Positions 25,370 through 38,381 of a stretch of 52,442 nt of DNA are shown piece after piece. The notes beneath the pieces were generated by a model, which saw only the letters and a program-made list of their open reading frames with translations, searched no databases and was not told the DNA's origin. Each line of letters starts with the position of its first letter. The first letter of the stretch is position 1. The stretch lies in assembly GCF_001194135.2 (NCBI RefSeq), contig NC_068989.1, positions 36,114,156 through 36,166,597 of the forward strand, in the 5' to 3' direction. The stretch comes from Octopus bimaculoides. Lineage: Eukaryota. The translations under genes and the position numbers were made by a program.

Positions 25370-26817
25370 CAGGGGTTGGACAAAATAATGGAAACATCTA
25401 GCATCATAGCATCATAATTTTGAAATATCTATAAAACCGTCAAAAGCTTGTTATTTTTTTATTTATTATTAGTGTTGCTTAATATGTTTTGCGAAAATTG
25501 CTGTTTCTTTTCAGATATCATCAGAAAAAGGTAATTAAAATTTATTAAAATGACAGATCTATCGGGCTTTCAAAGAGGTCAAGTTATTGGTGTTCGTATG
25601 GCAGGTGCTAGCGTAACGAAAACAGCCGAAATGTTTGGTGTATCAAGAAGTGCTGTCTCGGAAGTAATGACAGCCTTTGAGAAAGAGTGAAAAACATCCT
25701 TACGCGAATTGTTACAAAGGATCACAAAAGTACAGCTCCCAAAATTATTGCAGAGCTTAATGACCACCTTGAGAACCCAGTTTCCACAAAAACTGTTCGC
25801 TGGGAGCTTCAGAAAGCCAGATTTCACAGGATGGCTGCAGTCAGAAAACCACTACTTTCAAAAACAAACGTTGCAAAGCGTTTAGAGTGAAGTAAAAACT
25901 TACAGAATTGGTCCCTAGTGCAGTGGAGAATGTTATTTTCTTGGACGAGTCATCCTTTACCCTATTTCCGAACACCGGATGAGTATACGTGTGGAGACAG
26001 CCAAAAGAAGCATTTGACCCAGACTGCCTTCTTCCAAACTGTTAAACATGGAGGAGGATCTGTTATGATCGAGGGGGCTATATCTTGGAAATCCGCCGAC
26101 TCAGTGGTTTCCCTTCATGGCAGAATTAATAGTCAAGACTATTTAAGCATTTTATCTGATCAAATACATCCTACGGTTGCTGAACTGTTTCCGGAGGGAA
26201 ACGCAATCTTTCAGGATGATAATGCACCAATTCACACAGCTAAAGTTGTTACTGAATGGCACGAGGAACATTCTAGTGAAGTTGAACATCTTATCTGGCT
26301 ACCACAGTCCTCAGATCTCAATATTATTGAACATTTATGGTGCATTTTAGAAAAANNNNNNNNNNCTTGGAAATCCGCCGACTCAGTGGTTTCCCTTCAT
26401 GGCAGAATTAATAGTCAAGACTATTTAAGCATTTTATCTGATCAAATACATCCTACGGTTGCTGAACTGTTTCCGGAGGGAAACGCAATCTTTCAGGATG
26501 ATAATGCACCAATTCACACAGCTAAAGTTGTTACTGAATGGCACGAGGAACATTCTAGTGAAGTTGAACATCTTATCTGGCTACCACAGTCCTCAGATCT
26601 CAATATTATTGAACATTTATGGTGCATTTTAGAAAAACAAATAAGGAGTCGATATCCTCCACCATCCTCACTACAAGAACTGGAGATTGTTTTAGCTGAA
26701 GAATGGACAAAAATTCCTTTGGAAATAATTCAAACTTTGTACGAGATCATACCTCGTAGAGTTCAAGGTGTAATTACTGCCAAAGACGGTCCTGCCCCAT
26801 ATTTTGTCCAACCCCTG
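25370..26817 (+). mobile_element. Tc1-family (DD34E-type) transposon with pseudogenised transposase
   Basis: TA|CAGGGGTTGGACAAAATAATGG ... CCATATTTTGTCCAACCCCTG|TA. ATG at 25550 gives MTDLSGFQRGQVIG...; later motifs DESSF, TVKHGGGSVMI.G, FQDDNAPIHTAK, W.PQS.DLNIIEHLW. Stops, a frameshift and an internal deletion are present. 26084-26355 is repeated at 26366-26637 across a 10-N gap. Confidence 0.95.
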
Positions 26818-26945
26818 TATATATAGTTGAAATTTACAGAAAACAAAAGACGAAGATAGGTGTATAAATAACAAGCCTGTGTATTAGTTTGACGCTCGGA
26901 AAGGTGAGAAAGTCTTTTACGTTTCGATCCTAATATATGTGATAA

Positions 26946-27720
26946 AGTGCATTCCAAAAGTTTTTTGAGACTTTCAGCAGAGACGTTTATTAATTTCATA
27001 GAAACCCAAAACTCTAATCTCCCTCAAAGTAGGTTCTTCCGACTTCAATGCACTTGATGCAGCGCTCTAGCCAATTTGTGAAGGCCCTATAGACGCCCTC
27101 CAAAGTGATGATGTTCAGGACCCTTGTCACCGCCTTCAGGTCCTTAATGTCTTCAAAATGACTGCCACTGAGATTCTTGATTTTGCGTGCAGAATAATCG
27201 TATGTCATAGGCAACAACTTCTGGACTACAGGAAGGATGCGGGACTGTGTGATGCACATCTCTGTCAAGTAGTTGGTTACAAGGATACTCATCACTGATC
27301 TCCTTGGGAACAAACTTTGCAAAAATTTTGCCAATTTTCAGACCTTCATTTGTCACACCGACTCCAAACTGTATGCTTACTGTCTTTATAGACAGACACA
27401 CAACAATATTCGTCCAGAAAATTGCGAATTTTCTCATCCAACTCTGATATTTTGACATTCCTCTCCCTTCCACGCTTCTCATCGTCTCTTACCTTCTCTC
27501 TACAGTCTTCGAACCTTTTGTACCCGCGAAAAACTTAATTCATAAGTCGCTTGAAGCATTTTATAAGTTTCGTAGCCTTTTTGTCCAGATCAGCACAAAA
27601 ATTTTATTGCATAGCGAGCTTCCAAACGACTTGAATGTGTTCTACAAACTAGTCAGCTGTAACAAGCAGTATTTAGCAGGGTGTATTCAAAGTGCTGTTA
27701 CAGCCGTCTCCTTTAATCTA
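26946..27720 (-). mobile_element. Mariner transposon remnant (internally deleted)
   Basis: Minus strand gives an N-terminal ARYAIKFC...YKMLQATY...KRFEDCREKVRDDEKRGR and a C-terminal KNLSGSHFEDI..KAVTRVL...AFTNWLERCIKCIEVGRTYFEGD*, typical of mariner. The catalytic core is not recognisable. Confidence 0.8.
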
Positions 27721-28499
27721 GAATATAAATGTTGGTATGTCAACAACTTATTAGATGTATAGTAACGATATACTAAAATTACAATAATCTAGGACAGTGA
27801 TAATTGTCTCTCTTAAAAACCTTCCAAGCTTCTAGAATATATATATGAACCGATGAATCACAAAAAATATTCAAAATTGTAGCGATTAACGCGCGCAGGC
27901 GGGCGTACATGTGTGTATGTGTGTGTGTGTATGCTTGGGCTTGTGCATGTGCGTGTGTGTTGTACGTTTTGTGTATGTGTGCGTTGTTGTGTGAGATTTA
28001 TAAAAAGATCTTGTTAATCTAGAACAACTTGATGTCATCGTCCAAGTTTTTGAAGATTGATGATGATATTTCGGTTTGCAGGAGTCGGACATTAGAAAAC
28101 TGAGTGACTTTATAGATTAAAGAGTTTTTACACACCACACATACAGGTAAGTAAGTATGTATGTATGTATGTATGTGTGTGTGTATGTGTGTGTGTATGT
28201 ATGTATTAACTTTTATACAGAAAATCCCTGCTGACAACGAATGTACCAACCAACCTATGGACTGAAGAAGTTTAATTAGAGCATAGCTAAAAAGATATAA
28301 AAAAGAAACTAAAATAAAATAAATGTTAAGTTGTTAAAAAATAAAAATAAATAGAAACAATAAGAACGGGTCTAAACTAGAAATACATAAAGGAACCAAA
28401 GACAAAAATAATGAAAATTGTAATGAGACACCTCGCTCCGCTTCCCCTTACTCACAAGTACAACCACGGCGATCATGTCCAGGAACTAATACAACGGAA

Positions 28500-29015
28500 T
28501 AACATCAATAATAATTCATTCTGTTTTATTGGTCACAAGGGCTAATATAAATCAAAAACATGTAAGGACAAAAACAGGACGAAGGTTACAAAGGGTTTTG
28601 TCTGAAAGGTAGAAAAACGTTCGTGTAAACAGTACAAAAACAGAGAAAGATATAACAAATAAAACTCCCAATAGGGGGAGGCGCTTCGAAAGGTTACTCG
28701 TGGAAAAACCCATAAAAGCCACGGGAGCCTGGTCAGAAAAATAAGAAAGGGGTATAGAACCCTTTCTCCTTTTACATTACCTTTTTTTTTTTTTTTTTTT
28801 ACAGGTGTATCCTCAGAATTGGTGCGTTCATACTGGCCATTCTTCCAACAGTCACCCATCTTTCAACAAATTTGCTATGAATCAGCACTTCCCTCTCTAC
28901 TCTCATCTTCCTTTTCAAGTGGAACTTGAAAAAGTTGATGAGGCCTTGGCCAAAGAGGAAAGTGTCTGACTTCAGCCCTTTCAAACGGGTCCACCATACC
29001 ACCTCTTTCGCTACA
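28500..29015 (-). mobile_element. 3' end of a Tx1/L1-like LINE (ORF2 C-terminus plus 3' UTR)
   Basis: TVAKEVVWWTRLKGLKSDTFLFGQGLINFFKFHLKRKMRVEREVLIHSKFVERWV fits the AK..VW.TR...R.R.E...F.ERW C-terminal pattern of Tx1-clade ORF2. The UTR ends agcccttgtgaccaataaa followed by an (ATT)-like tail. Clade assignment is from pattern memory. Confidence 0.6.
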
Positions 29016-29029
29016 GTAATATAATGATA

Positions 29030-29249
29030 ATAATAATGGCTTCAAAGTTTTCCACAAGGGCAGCAATTTGTGGGGAGGGAGTAAGTTGATTAGATCGATT
29101 CCAGCGTTCAGCTGGTACTTATTTTATCGACCCCGAGAGGACGAAGGACAAAGTCAACCTCGGCGGAATTTGAACTCAGTAAGTAAAGACGGACAAAATT
29201 CCGCTAAGCATTTTGCCCAGAGTGCTAACGATTCTGCCAGCTCACCGCC

Positions 29250-29314
<65 letters not shown>

Positions 29315-29467
29315 CCTTTCTACTAAAGGTACAAGGCCTGGAATTTGTGAGTGAAATGACAAGTCGATTACATCGACCCCAGTACTTAACTAGTACTTAA
29401 TCTATCGACCCCGAAAGGATGTAAGGCAAAGTCGACATCGGTGGAATTTGAAGTCAGAACGTAAAGA
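29030..29467 (-). mobile_element. Two family-A SINE copies separated by (AAT)n
   Basis: Same core blocks as 1560-1783. Confidence 0.8.
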
Positions 29468-29501
29468 CGGGGTCGATAGATTAAGTACTAGTTAAGTACT
29501 G

Positions 29502-29620
29502 TGAGCGCACATGTGGTTGTGATGAACATGCCTGGTGTACCCTTATCAGATGGGTAGTCATGATGGGCTTCGTATATTTTACCCAGTGTCACTTTGATGG
29601 CATGCACTGCTCTCTCATTC
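29502..29620 (+). mobile_element. 3' tail fragment of another retroelement ending in (AAT)n
   Basis: ...gtcactttgatggcatgcactgctctctcattc followed by aataataat; family not identified. Confidence 0.4.
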
Positions 29621-30423
29621 AATAATAATAATAATTTCTTTATTAACCGCAAGGGTTTACATTCAGAAAAAAAACCCATTATGGATAGTACAAGACAAAA
29701 TAAAGAATGTGCGTGTGTGTGCTGTTGTGAGGGTTTTGCGTGTAAACAAGACTAACAAATTTTTTTTTAAATCAACGATTTGTGATCCTCAACATGGAGG
29801 AGACGTTTGAGGGCTGATCATGGAAAAACTCCATAAAAAATCNNNNNNNNNNNNNNNNNNNNNNNNNNNNNNNNNNNNNNNNNNNNNNNNNNNNNNNNNN
29901 NNNNNNNNNNNNNNNNNNNNNNNNNNNNNNNNNNNNNNNNNNNNNNNNNNNNNNNNNNNNNNNNNNNNNNNNNNNNNNNNNNNNNNNNNNNNNNNNNNNN
30001 NNNNNNNNNNNNNNNNNNNNNNNNNNNNNNNNNNNNNNNNNNNNNNNNNNNNNNNNNNNNNNNNNNNNNNNNNNNNNNNNNNNNNNNNNNNNNNNNNNNN
30101 NNNNNNNNNNNNNNNNNNNNNNNNNNNNNNNNNNNNNNNNNNNNNNNNNNNNNNNNNNNNNNNNNNNNNNNNNNNNNNNNNNNNNNNNNNNNNNNNNNNN
30201 NNNNNNNNNNNNNNNNNNNNNNNNNNNNNNNNNNNNNNNNNNNNNNNNNNNNNNNNNNNNNNNNNNNNNNNNNNNNNNNNNNNNNNNNNNNNNNNNNNNN
30301 NNNNNNNNNNNNNNNNNNNNNNNNNNNNNNNNNNNNNNNNNNNNNNNNNNNNNNNNNNNNNNNNNNNNNNNNNNNNNNNNNNNNNNNNNNNNNNNNNNNN
30401 NNNNNNNNNNNNNNNNNNNNNNN

Positions 30424-30527
<104 letters not shown>

Positions 30528-30829
30528 TAATAATAATAATAATAATAACAGCAACAACAACAAAAGTAATCAACACATGTTATTTTTCTATTTTATTTAC
30601 CACCTACTTACACACCTATAGATATGTGTGCGCGTGTGTGTGCGTGCGTGTAGGTAAGTATATGTATGTATGTATATATGTATGTATGTGTATATATACA
30701 CACACATGTATATCCTCTTAACTGATGCTGTACAAATGACAAAAGGAATTAATCAAACTTCAAAAAGCTTGTTTTTTTTATATCATACCGCCTGCCTACC
30801 ACTTACTCCCTGAAGTCACTGAACGTCTT

Positions 30830-30876
<47 letters not shown>

Positions 30877-31368
30877 GTGCGCATATATATATATATATAA
30901 GTATATAGCCCTCGATGTTAATAAGCCAAGCGCGAAGAAAATAGAAACTTGTTTGCTATCAGATAACGGTATTTTTTTCCCTTTTTTAATACATTTTTTT
31001 CACAATTATCAGTAATTGTCACTGACTTGTGATTTCAGCACTTCCACTTTTCTTCAGAGGTGGGTGGGGATAGCTTTGTTCTTTAGTTTTTTAAAAATTC
31101 ATATTTAGGTTGTTTTTAATCTTTATTATTATCATTGTTATTATCACTCGGGCGGCGAGCTGGCAGAGTCTTTAGCGGCATTTCTTCCGACTCTTTATTC
31201 TCTGAGTTCAAATTCCGCGCCTCCGACTGAACTAAATCTAAATATTAGGAAACCTGGCTGTAAGAGAAATATAAGAATAATAAATTCCTTCTATGCTTTC
31301 GAGATGCAGGGAAAAAATCGGGAGTACCCTGGTGGACCGTTTCAAGATTTTTTGATCGCTTCTCAATA

Positions 31369-31775
31369 GGAGTGGCTGTGTGGTAAGTAGCTTGCTTACC
31401 AACCACATGATTCCGGGTTCAATCCCACTGCGTGACACCTTGCAAGTGTCTTCTACTATAGCCTCGGGCCGACCAAAGCCTTGTGAGTGGATTTGGTAGA
31501 CGGAAACTGAAAGAAGCCCGTCGTATATATGTATATGTATATATATGTGCGTGTGTGTGTATATGTTTGTGTGTCTGTGTTTGTCCTCCCAACGTCGCTT
31601 GACAACCGATGCTAGTGTGTTTACGTCCCCGTAACTTAGCGGTTCGGCAAGAGAGACCGATAGAATAAGTACTAGGCTTACAAAGAATAAGTCCTGGGGT
31701 CGAATAGCTCGACTAAAGGCGGTGCTCCAGCATGGCCACAGTCAAATGACTGAAACAAGTAAAAAAAGAGTAAAA
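31369..31775 (+). mobile_element. tRNA-derived SINE (family B), near full length
   Basis: GGAGTGGCTGTGTGGTAAG (A box), GGGTTCAATCCC (B box), internal (TA/TG)n, tail ...gactgaaacaagtaaaa. Confidence 0.88.
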
Positions 31776-31992
31776 GAGTAAAGCAGTTTCCTTCCCCGAT
31801 CAACAACATATAATATTCAGCCGGCATATAATAGGCTATCACCGTAGAGGATAGCTTAATTTGTGTATTTATGCTTTTGACAGTTCGCAATTAATTCATA
31901 TATATTTTATGCACAATACAGTATGTATAAGAAGGACTTTTGCAGCTTTAATATCTAATATTTAAATTTATTATGTATTCTTATATACTATC

Positions 31993-32263
31993 ATATATGT
32001 GTGTACACTCATATTTAACACATTCGAGTGTACATTCAGACGTGGGAAGACCTTTTGCTGCGAAAATTGTTTCGGGAGAAAATTCTGTTCACAGACAATG
32101 TGTGAAAACACAATCGTTTGATAACGTCATTCGTAGCCAAATAACAGGTTTCTCACACATTGTCTATAAAAAGAATTTCCTACTGAGACTATTTCCGCAG
32201 TGAAAGGTCTTCAAACATCCGAGTGTACACGAACGTGTTAAATATGATTGTACACACATGTAT
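31993..32263. mobile_element. Older imperfect foldback element (about 125-bp arms)
   Basis: Left arm atatatgtgtgtacactcatatttaacacattcgagtgtacattcagacgtgggaagacc...cagacaatgtgtga pairs with the right arm through tcacacattgtct...ggtcttcaaacatccgagtgtacacgaacgtgttaaatatgattgtacacacatgtat. Confidence 0.8.
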
Positions 32264-32894
32264 TTCATTGAACACTGTTTCATGCGCCTCCTGTAAATTG
32301 ACATTATTTTGAACTCTTCAAATATATTCTGTCGCAAAAAAGGGGAACATGTTAGACGATGTAGTCCCGGAAAGACAAAGAAACAAATCATGATTAAGTT
32401 GAAATGTATTTGATCTAAAGTCGGTTCGGACTTGAAGCAAAAACAATAAGTATGGTAACGCGCATAAAAGAATAGAAAAACAGTGGTTGAAATTACGATG
32501 CCCTACAAAAAGCTGTAGGAGAAAAATTAGAAAAAGGTTACAATTTTAACCAGGAAAAAAAAGTTACAGGAAAATATTTTTTATCTAAATACTATATATA
32601 CGTTAGATAACAAATGATATTTTAAATTAGTTATTAACTTAGAATACATGACTGTTACAGTCTATACATGTTGGCATTACACATATTTAAAAAAAGAAGT
32701 TTTATTCAATTTGAATAAATTCAATAAAATTGAATAAAAGTTGATTTTTTTTTTTAACATATGTGTAAAATCATGTAAAATCCATGTACAATCGGTTAAT
32801 AAATGATGTAAAAGCCATGCACAATAAAATTATGTAAAAGCCATGTACAGTCAGTTAATAACGATTTAAAATATTTTTTACTTCATCATATTAA

Positions 32895-33090
32895 TTTCTT
32901 TTAACTTGTTTCATCATGAGACTGCGACCATTCCGGGACGTCGCCTTGAGGAAATTTTAGTCGAACAAATCAACCCCAGTACTTGTTTTTTTTTTTCTAA
33001 GCCTGATATTTATTCTGTCGGAATCTTTTGTCGAGCTGCTAAGTTTACGGAGAAGTAAACACTCCAACACCAGTTGTCAAGTAGCGATGG
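32895..33090 (-). mobile_element. Family-B SINE 3' fragment
   Basis: Diverged reverse complement of 31575-31775. Confidence 0.65.
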
Positions 33091-33096
33091 GGGATG

Positions 33097-33143
<47 letters not shown>

Positions 33144-33159
33144 GTGTATATATATATAT

Positions 33160-33350
33160 ATTATTTCTTTATTGCCCAGCAGGGGGATAAACATAGAGGG
33201 GACAAACAAGGACAGACAAAGGGATTAAATCGATTACATCGACCCCAGTGCGTAACTGGTACTTATTTAATCGACTCCGAAGGAATGAAAGGCAAAGTCG
33301 ACCTCGGCGGAATTTGAACTCAGAACATAACGGCAGACGAAATACTGCGG
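33160..33350 (-). mobile_element. Family-A SINE, young long-tail variant, 5' truncated
   Basis: tttctttattgcccagcagggggataaacatagaggggacaaacaaggacagacaaagggatt...gacctcggcggaatttgaactcagaac. Confidence 0.85.
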
Positions 33351-35281
33351 ATTTAGTTTTTTCATTCGCAAAATGTGCATTTTTTAAAACGAAGTAAAAA
33401 ATCTGAAAATCGGCTGTAGTAATGTAGTCTTCCAGTCTCATTGCTATGAAGGTATGATGTTATGGAGAAAAAAAATTGGAGGAAAAAGTTACAGAGGTTT
33501 AAAGATCGGAAAAACTCTGTATTTTTAGCCAATAGCAAGACAGACATTTTCTGCGGTTAGCGGAGCGGTGTCAACTTTAAGGTTGTACATTGTGAAATTT
33601 GTAGTTTAGCGTCTGTGACATGACCTGTTCATTGTAGGTTTCTAAATAATCAGAAATACCTAATAAAATCAACACGTATCATCGTACTGTGTCTTTTGTT
33701 TCTTCATTGATTGTATATTTTTATTATTTTTAAAAATTTGTTATATTAATATATTTCGCTGCAAGTGTTTACTTTATGCGTATTTCAGTATTATGTTTAT
33801 GTCATGTATTTGTGTACATCATTAATATATAAGCGCATGTGGGTGCATGTATTCATATATAAGTTTATATGTACATTTATGCATTCATGTGTGTTCCAAA
33901 ACTCCAAAGTTGAGGAATGTTTTCGTGCTTGGATTTGTAAACTACTATAATAATAACACTTGTCAACAAAGAATTTGTCCCCAAAAAAAGAATACTCGTA
34001 TTTTATACGTTTTTGCATGCAGAATTCAAAAATAATGTCAAATTATCTGTATCCCCCACAGTTTCTCTGTTCCACGATATCCCTCTCAGTTCCTGTTACG
34101 TGTGCTAAATTTCAGTGAAGCTGTTGAAATGTGAAGCTAACGGTTTAAGAAATACTCCTGATTTAAATGTTTATGAATAGAATTGAACTAGTGAAATCAT
34201 AAAGGAAAGACTTAAGGAAGTCTTGCCAAAAATTAAAACAAAACACGCGGGTTAAAAGAATCTCGTGCGTGAAAAAATCAACAAAGACGACAGCGGCACA
34301 GAAAACAGTGAACCACAACACAGCGTGCGATTATCATGGTCACAAGCTGCTAATGCCACGCTGTCTGATGATTGGCTAAACTTACCCAAATCTGTCAACT
34401 TTAATTCCAAATAACATCAGATTCTTTAATTTACGAGATAAAGTAATTGGTTGATCGTAACCAAAATTCAGAGTTGCATCGATACACCAAAATTGAAAGC
34501 AATTTGAGCAAAATTAAAGGGGGCTCATTTTGCGAATGAAAAAGGCTGGATCCAATACTGCTAAANNNNNNNNNNNNNNNNNNNNNNNNNNNNNNNNNNN
34601 NNNNNNNNNNNNNNNNNNNNNNNNNNNNNNNNNNNNNNNNNNNNNNNNNNNNNNNNNNNNNNNNNNNNNNNNNNNNNNNNNNNNNNNNNNNNNNNNNNNN
34701 NNNNNNNNNNNNNNNNNNNNNNNNNNNNNNNNNNNNNNNNNNNNNNNNNNNNNNNNNNNNNNNNNNNNNNNNNNNNNNNNNNNNNNNNNNNNNNNNNNNN
34801 NNNNNNNNNNNNNNNNNNNNNNNNNNNNNNNNNNNNNNNNNNNNNNNNNNNNNNNNNNNNNNNNNNNNNNNNNNNNNNNNNNNNNNNNNNNNNNNNNNNN
34901 NNNNNNNNNNNNNNNNNNNNNNNNNNNNNNNNNNNNNNNNNNNNNNNNNNNNNNNNNNNNNNNNNNNNNNNNNNNNNNNNNNNNNNNNNNNNNNNNNNNN
35001 NNNNNNNNNNNNNNNNNNNNNNNNNNNNNNNNNNNNNNNNNNNNNNNNNNNNNNNNNNNNNNNNNNNNNNNNNNNNNNNNNNNNNNNNNNNNNNNNNNNN
35101 NNNNNNNNNNNNNNNNNNNNNNNNNNNNNNNNNNNNNNNNNNTATATATATATATATATATATATGTATATGTGTGTGTACATATATATATATATATATA
35201 TTACATGCACGCTGCTTCATATTGATTCCTTGCCCTCATTGTATACGTGTGTATACGTACATACATACATACATACATACA

Positions 35282-35313
<32 letters not shown>

Positions 35314-35755
35314 GGCACGAGTGAGTGTTGTTGTGTATGTGTGTTTATACAAATACATTCAATCACTTCCTGTCCAGAATGTGTAGTGATTTGACCAGCA
35401 AACTATAAAAAAAAAAATTCTAAAAATAAAAAAGTTTGGGAAGTAAAAACCAGAGGGATGATAGACGAGAAAGCAGAGCAAACATTATCATCACCAAATA
35501 TCCCGGAAAAGCCAGATTAATAGCACAATGGCTGCAAACATTGTCTTTACCTCTGTATTTAATGTTTCCTATTTAACTTCTGCAGTTACCAAAAGAAAAT
35601 GCAGAAGATATGTAAAGGCTTCGTGATCTTTAGAAAAACAAGTCGATTGTATATTTTGAATAAATACTAAAGAATAATAAACGGAAGAAAATAGTAAAAC
35701 ATTTCAAAGATTATATATATATATATTTATATGTATGTGTGTGTATGTATATATA

Positions 35756-35788
<33 letters not shown>

Positions 35789-36639
35789 TGTATGTATGTA
35801 TGTATGTATGTATGTATGTAGTAAAAGGAAAAAGATTTAAACACGATTATCTTTTTTAGATATACGTATCGTCAATGTATGCTTCTGATCAGAGGGTAAA
35901 GCTTATATTGTAATGGAATGTCACCGAACCACTGTTAATGATACTGTATGTGAGTTTATCTATATACATACGTATATATACATATACGTACATGTGTGCG
36001 TGTGTGTGTGTATACACAGGCGGTGCGCTCGCGCACGCACACACACACACACACACACATACACATATATGAATATATTAAAAAGGTTAAGAGAACACCC
36101 ACGAGTAAATTTATATTGAAAACTAAGGAAAAGAAAAAACGTTTGGAGGACATTTTCACGGAAAACAGAAAGAAAATATGTGGAGGTTTTGGTCGATTAA
36201 GACGATCTTTTCATGCTGAAAAAGAAAAGAAAAATTGCTTGGCAGTTCGTATACATCCTTTGCTTATAAAAATTGCATGGTGCTGCATTTCATACCCTGG
36301 TTGTTGGTAGCTGGTAGCTGCTCTTGTGTTTTTCAATAGCAGAAGCAAGAGAGTGACTCAAGCGCCGAGAGTTTTGTGCTTTAGAACTTAAGCTTATCGA
36401 CAAACCATATTTAAAAAAATTTCCTGATCCTTCGAAAAGCGATCAATTACAAAACTCAATGCATGTAGATTGTTCTTTAATACAATATAACTGAAAGACT
36501 CATAATTGCCAGTACTCTGAGTTACAAGTTTCCGATTATTCAACTAAGTAATTCGAGCTTGTTTTCCTTGGAAATATTTGTTTGAACATATTTTGAACTT
36601 ATAAATAAAATGTTTAACTTTTTTACGTGTGTGTATGTG

Positions 36640-36681
<42 letters not shown>

Positions 36682-37633
36682 CACACACACACACACAGAA
36701 AGAAAGAGAGAGAGTGTGAGAGAGCATACAATATAAATTCTTGATTTTTACAACAAAATTTATCTCTGCCTACGCACATACACGCGCACGCACACACCTG
36801 GGACGATGTTATGACTATACACACAACTATCCACAATGGCAACGATTTACTCACAACAAACTAAACTCTATCTCTCAACTCCTTTCAATTTAACAGCACT
36901 GTTTCCTCTGCTGGTCATCTACCATCTAATCTGTTCCTCTAAACTAGGTAACGTCATATATCGCCCACCCAGGTGCACTCCACATACCCGTCTCACCTCA
37001 TAGAGTCGGGCATTCAGGATATTTTTCACCATTGATGTTTAACAAAATAAAGGGTTTTAGTCATGCAGCAAATTAAAGTCAGAATTAACGACAAAAGATA
37101 AATTATAATAAAGTTTTTTTCTTTTTACTTTAAAAAATCTTTCGTCAGTGCTTACATATTTAATAAATCCCTTCAGTTTAATTTGTAATTCAAGAAAATT
37201 GTTAAAATATAGAAAATGGCGGCAGGTAGGTGCCAGAGAATACAAAGTTTTCTGAACAACGAACTATTAAAAAGAATTGTAAACGTTTGGAGGTAGAGGT
37301 TCGTAGACAAAGTAGATTTATTGGTGGCACCAAGCACCTTGACAGCATTTACCATTCTAGAGATTATCTCCAGCGCATGTCGCGAATTGTGTTAAGTTTA
37401 AATAGATGCCGAGTGAATTCTTTGTGACAGAGAGACGAGAGTAAAGAATTTCAAGTAAAGAACTGCCAAAGAAAGAGATAAGAATGACTAGCTAAATGGA
37501 TGTTTAATATGAAATGGGACTATAATATTAACTCGATTTGTGTTCAACGATTATAGCGTATTGTGTGTGTGTGTGTGTGTGTGTAAGGGTGTCTTCATTA
37601 TGCGTGTGCATGGTGAATATATTCGTGTGTGTG

Positions 37634-37689
<56 letters not shown>

Positions 37690-38324
37690 AATGTGTATGT
37701 ATGCATTTATGTATATTTAAAGAATTTGTAGTGTCAGTATGAGCAAGAAGTGATACATATATATTTAGATATACACAAGTATAGTTTAAATGCACACACA
37801 TAATATATATATTGCACACACGCACACGCACATACACAGAGACACTTATTGTATGTTTGTATGTATGCATGTATGTATGCTTGTGTGTATATCTATCTTT
37901 GTTTCTATTTATCTGTCTATCTATGTATCTATCTATATATGTGTGTGTATGTGTTGTGTTCGTGCGCGCGTATGTATGCATTTATGTACATATCTATATG
38001 AATATATATGCATGTATGTACATGAATGCGTATATGTATGTACAACCACGTCGGTGTATATTTTATTAAATAATGACTCAGTAATAAATAAAAAAAAAGT
38101 CCTCTGCTGTAATCAGAGCCTTAGTTAGCAAGATACGGCAGTTGATTTAATCAAAGAACTGGAAGATGGTGGAATCACTTGACGATAACCCAACTTCTTT
38201 TATTCTTGAGAAGAGAACAACCAATATGGTTGTTGATGTTGTAGTATTGTTGTTGTTATTGCTGTTGTAATGTTACAAGAACGTAGCAGTCAGAAACAAT
38301 TTTCGATTAACTGGAAAGTATTAG

Positions 38325-38328
<4 letters not shown>

Positions 38329-38381
<53 letters not shown>

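Noticed and set aside
26084-26637. 272-bp tandem duplication within the Tc1 transposase, inflating the 302-aa ORF at 25918-26826
   Set aside because: Two apparently identical copies separated by exactly 10 Ns: an unmerged contig overlap, not biology.
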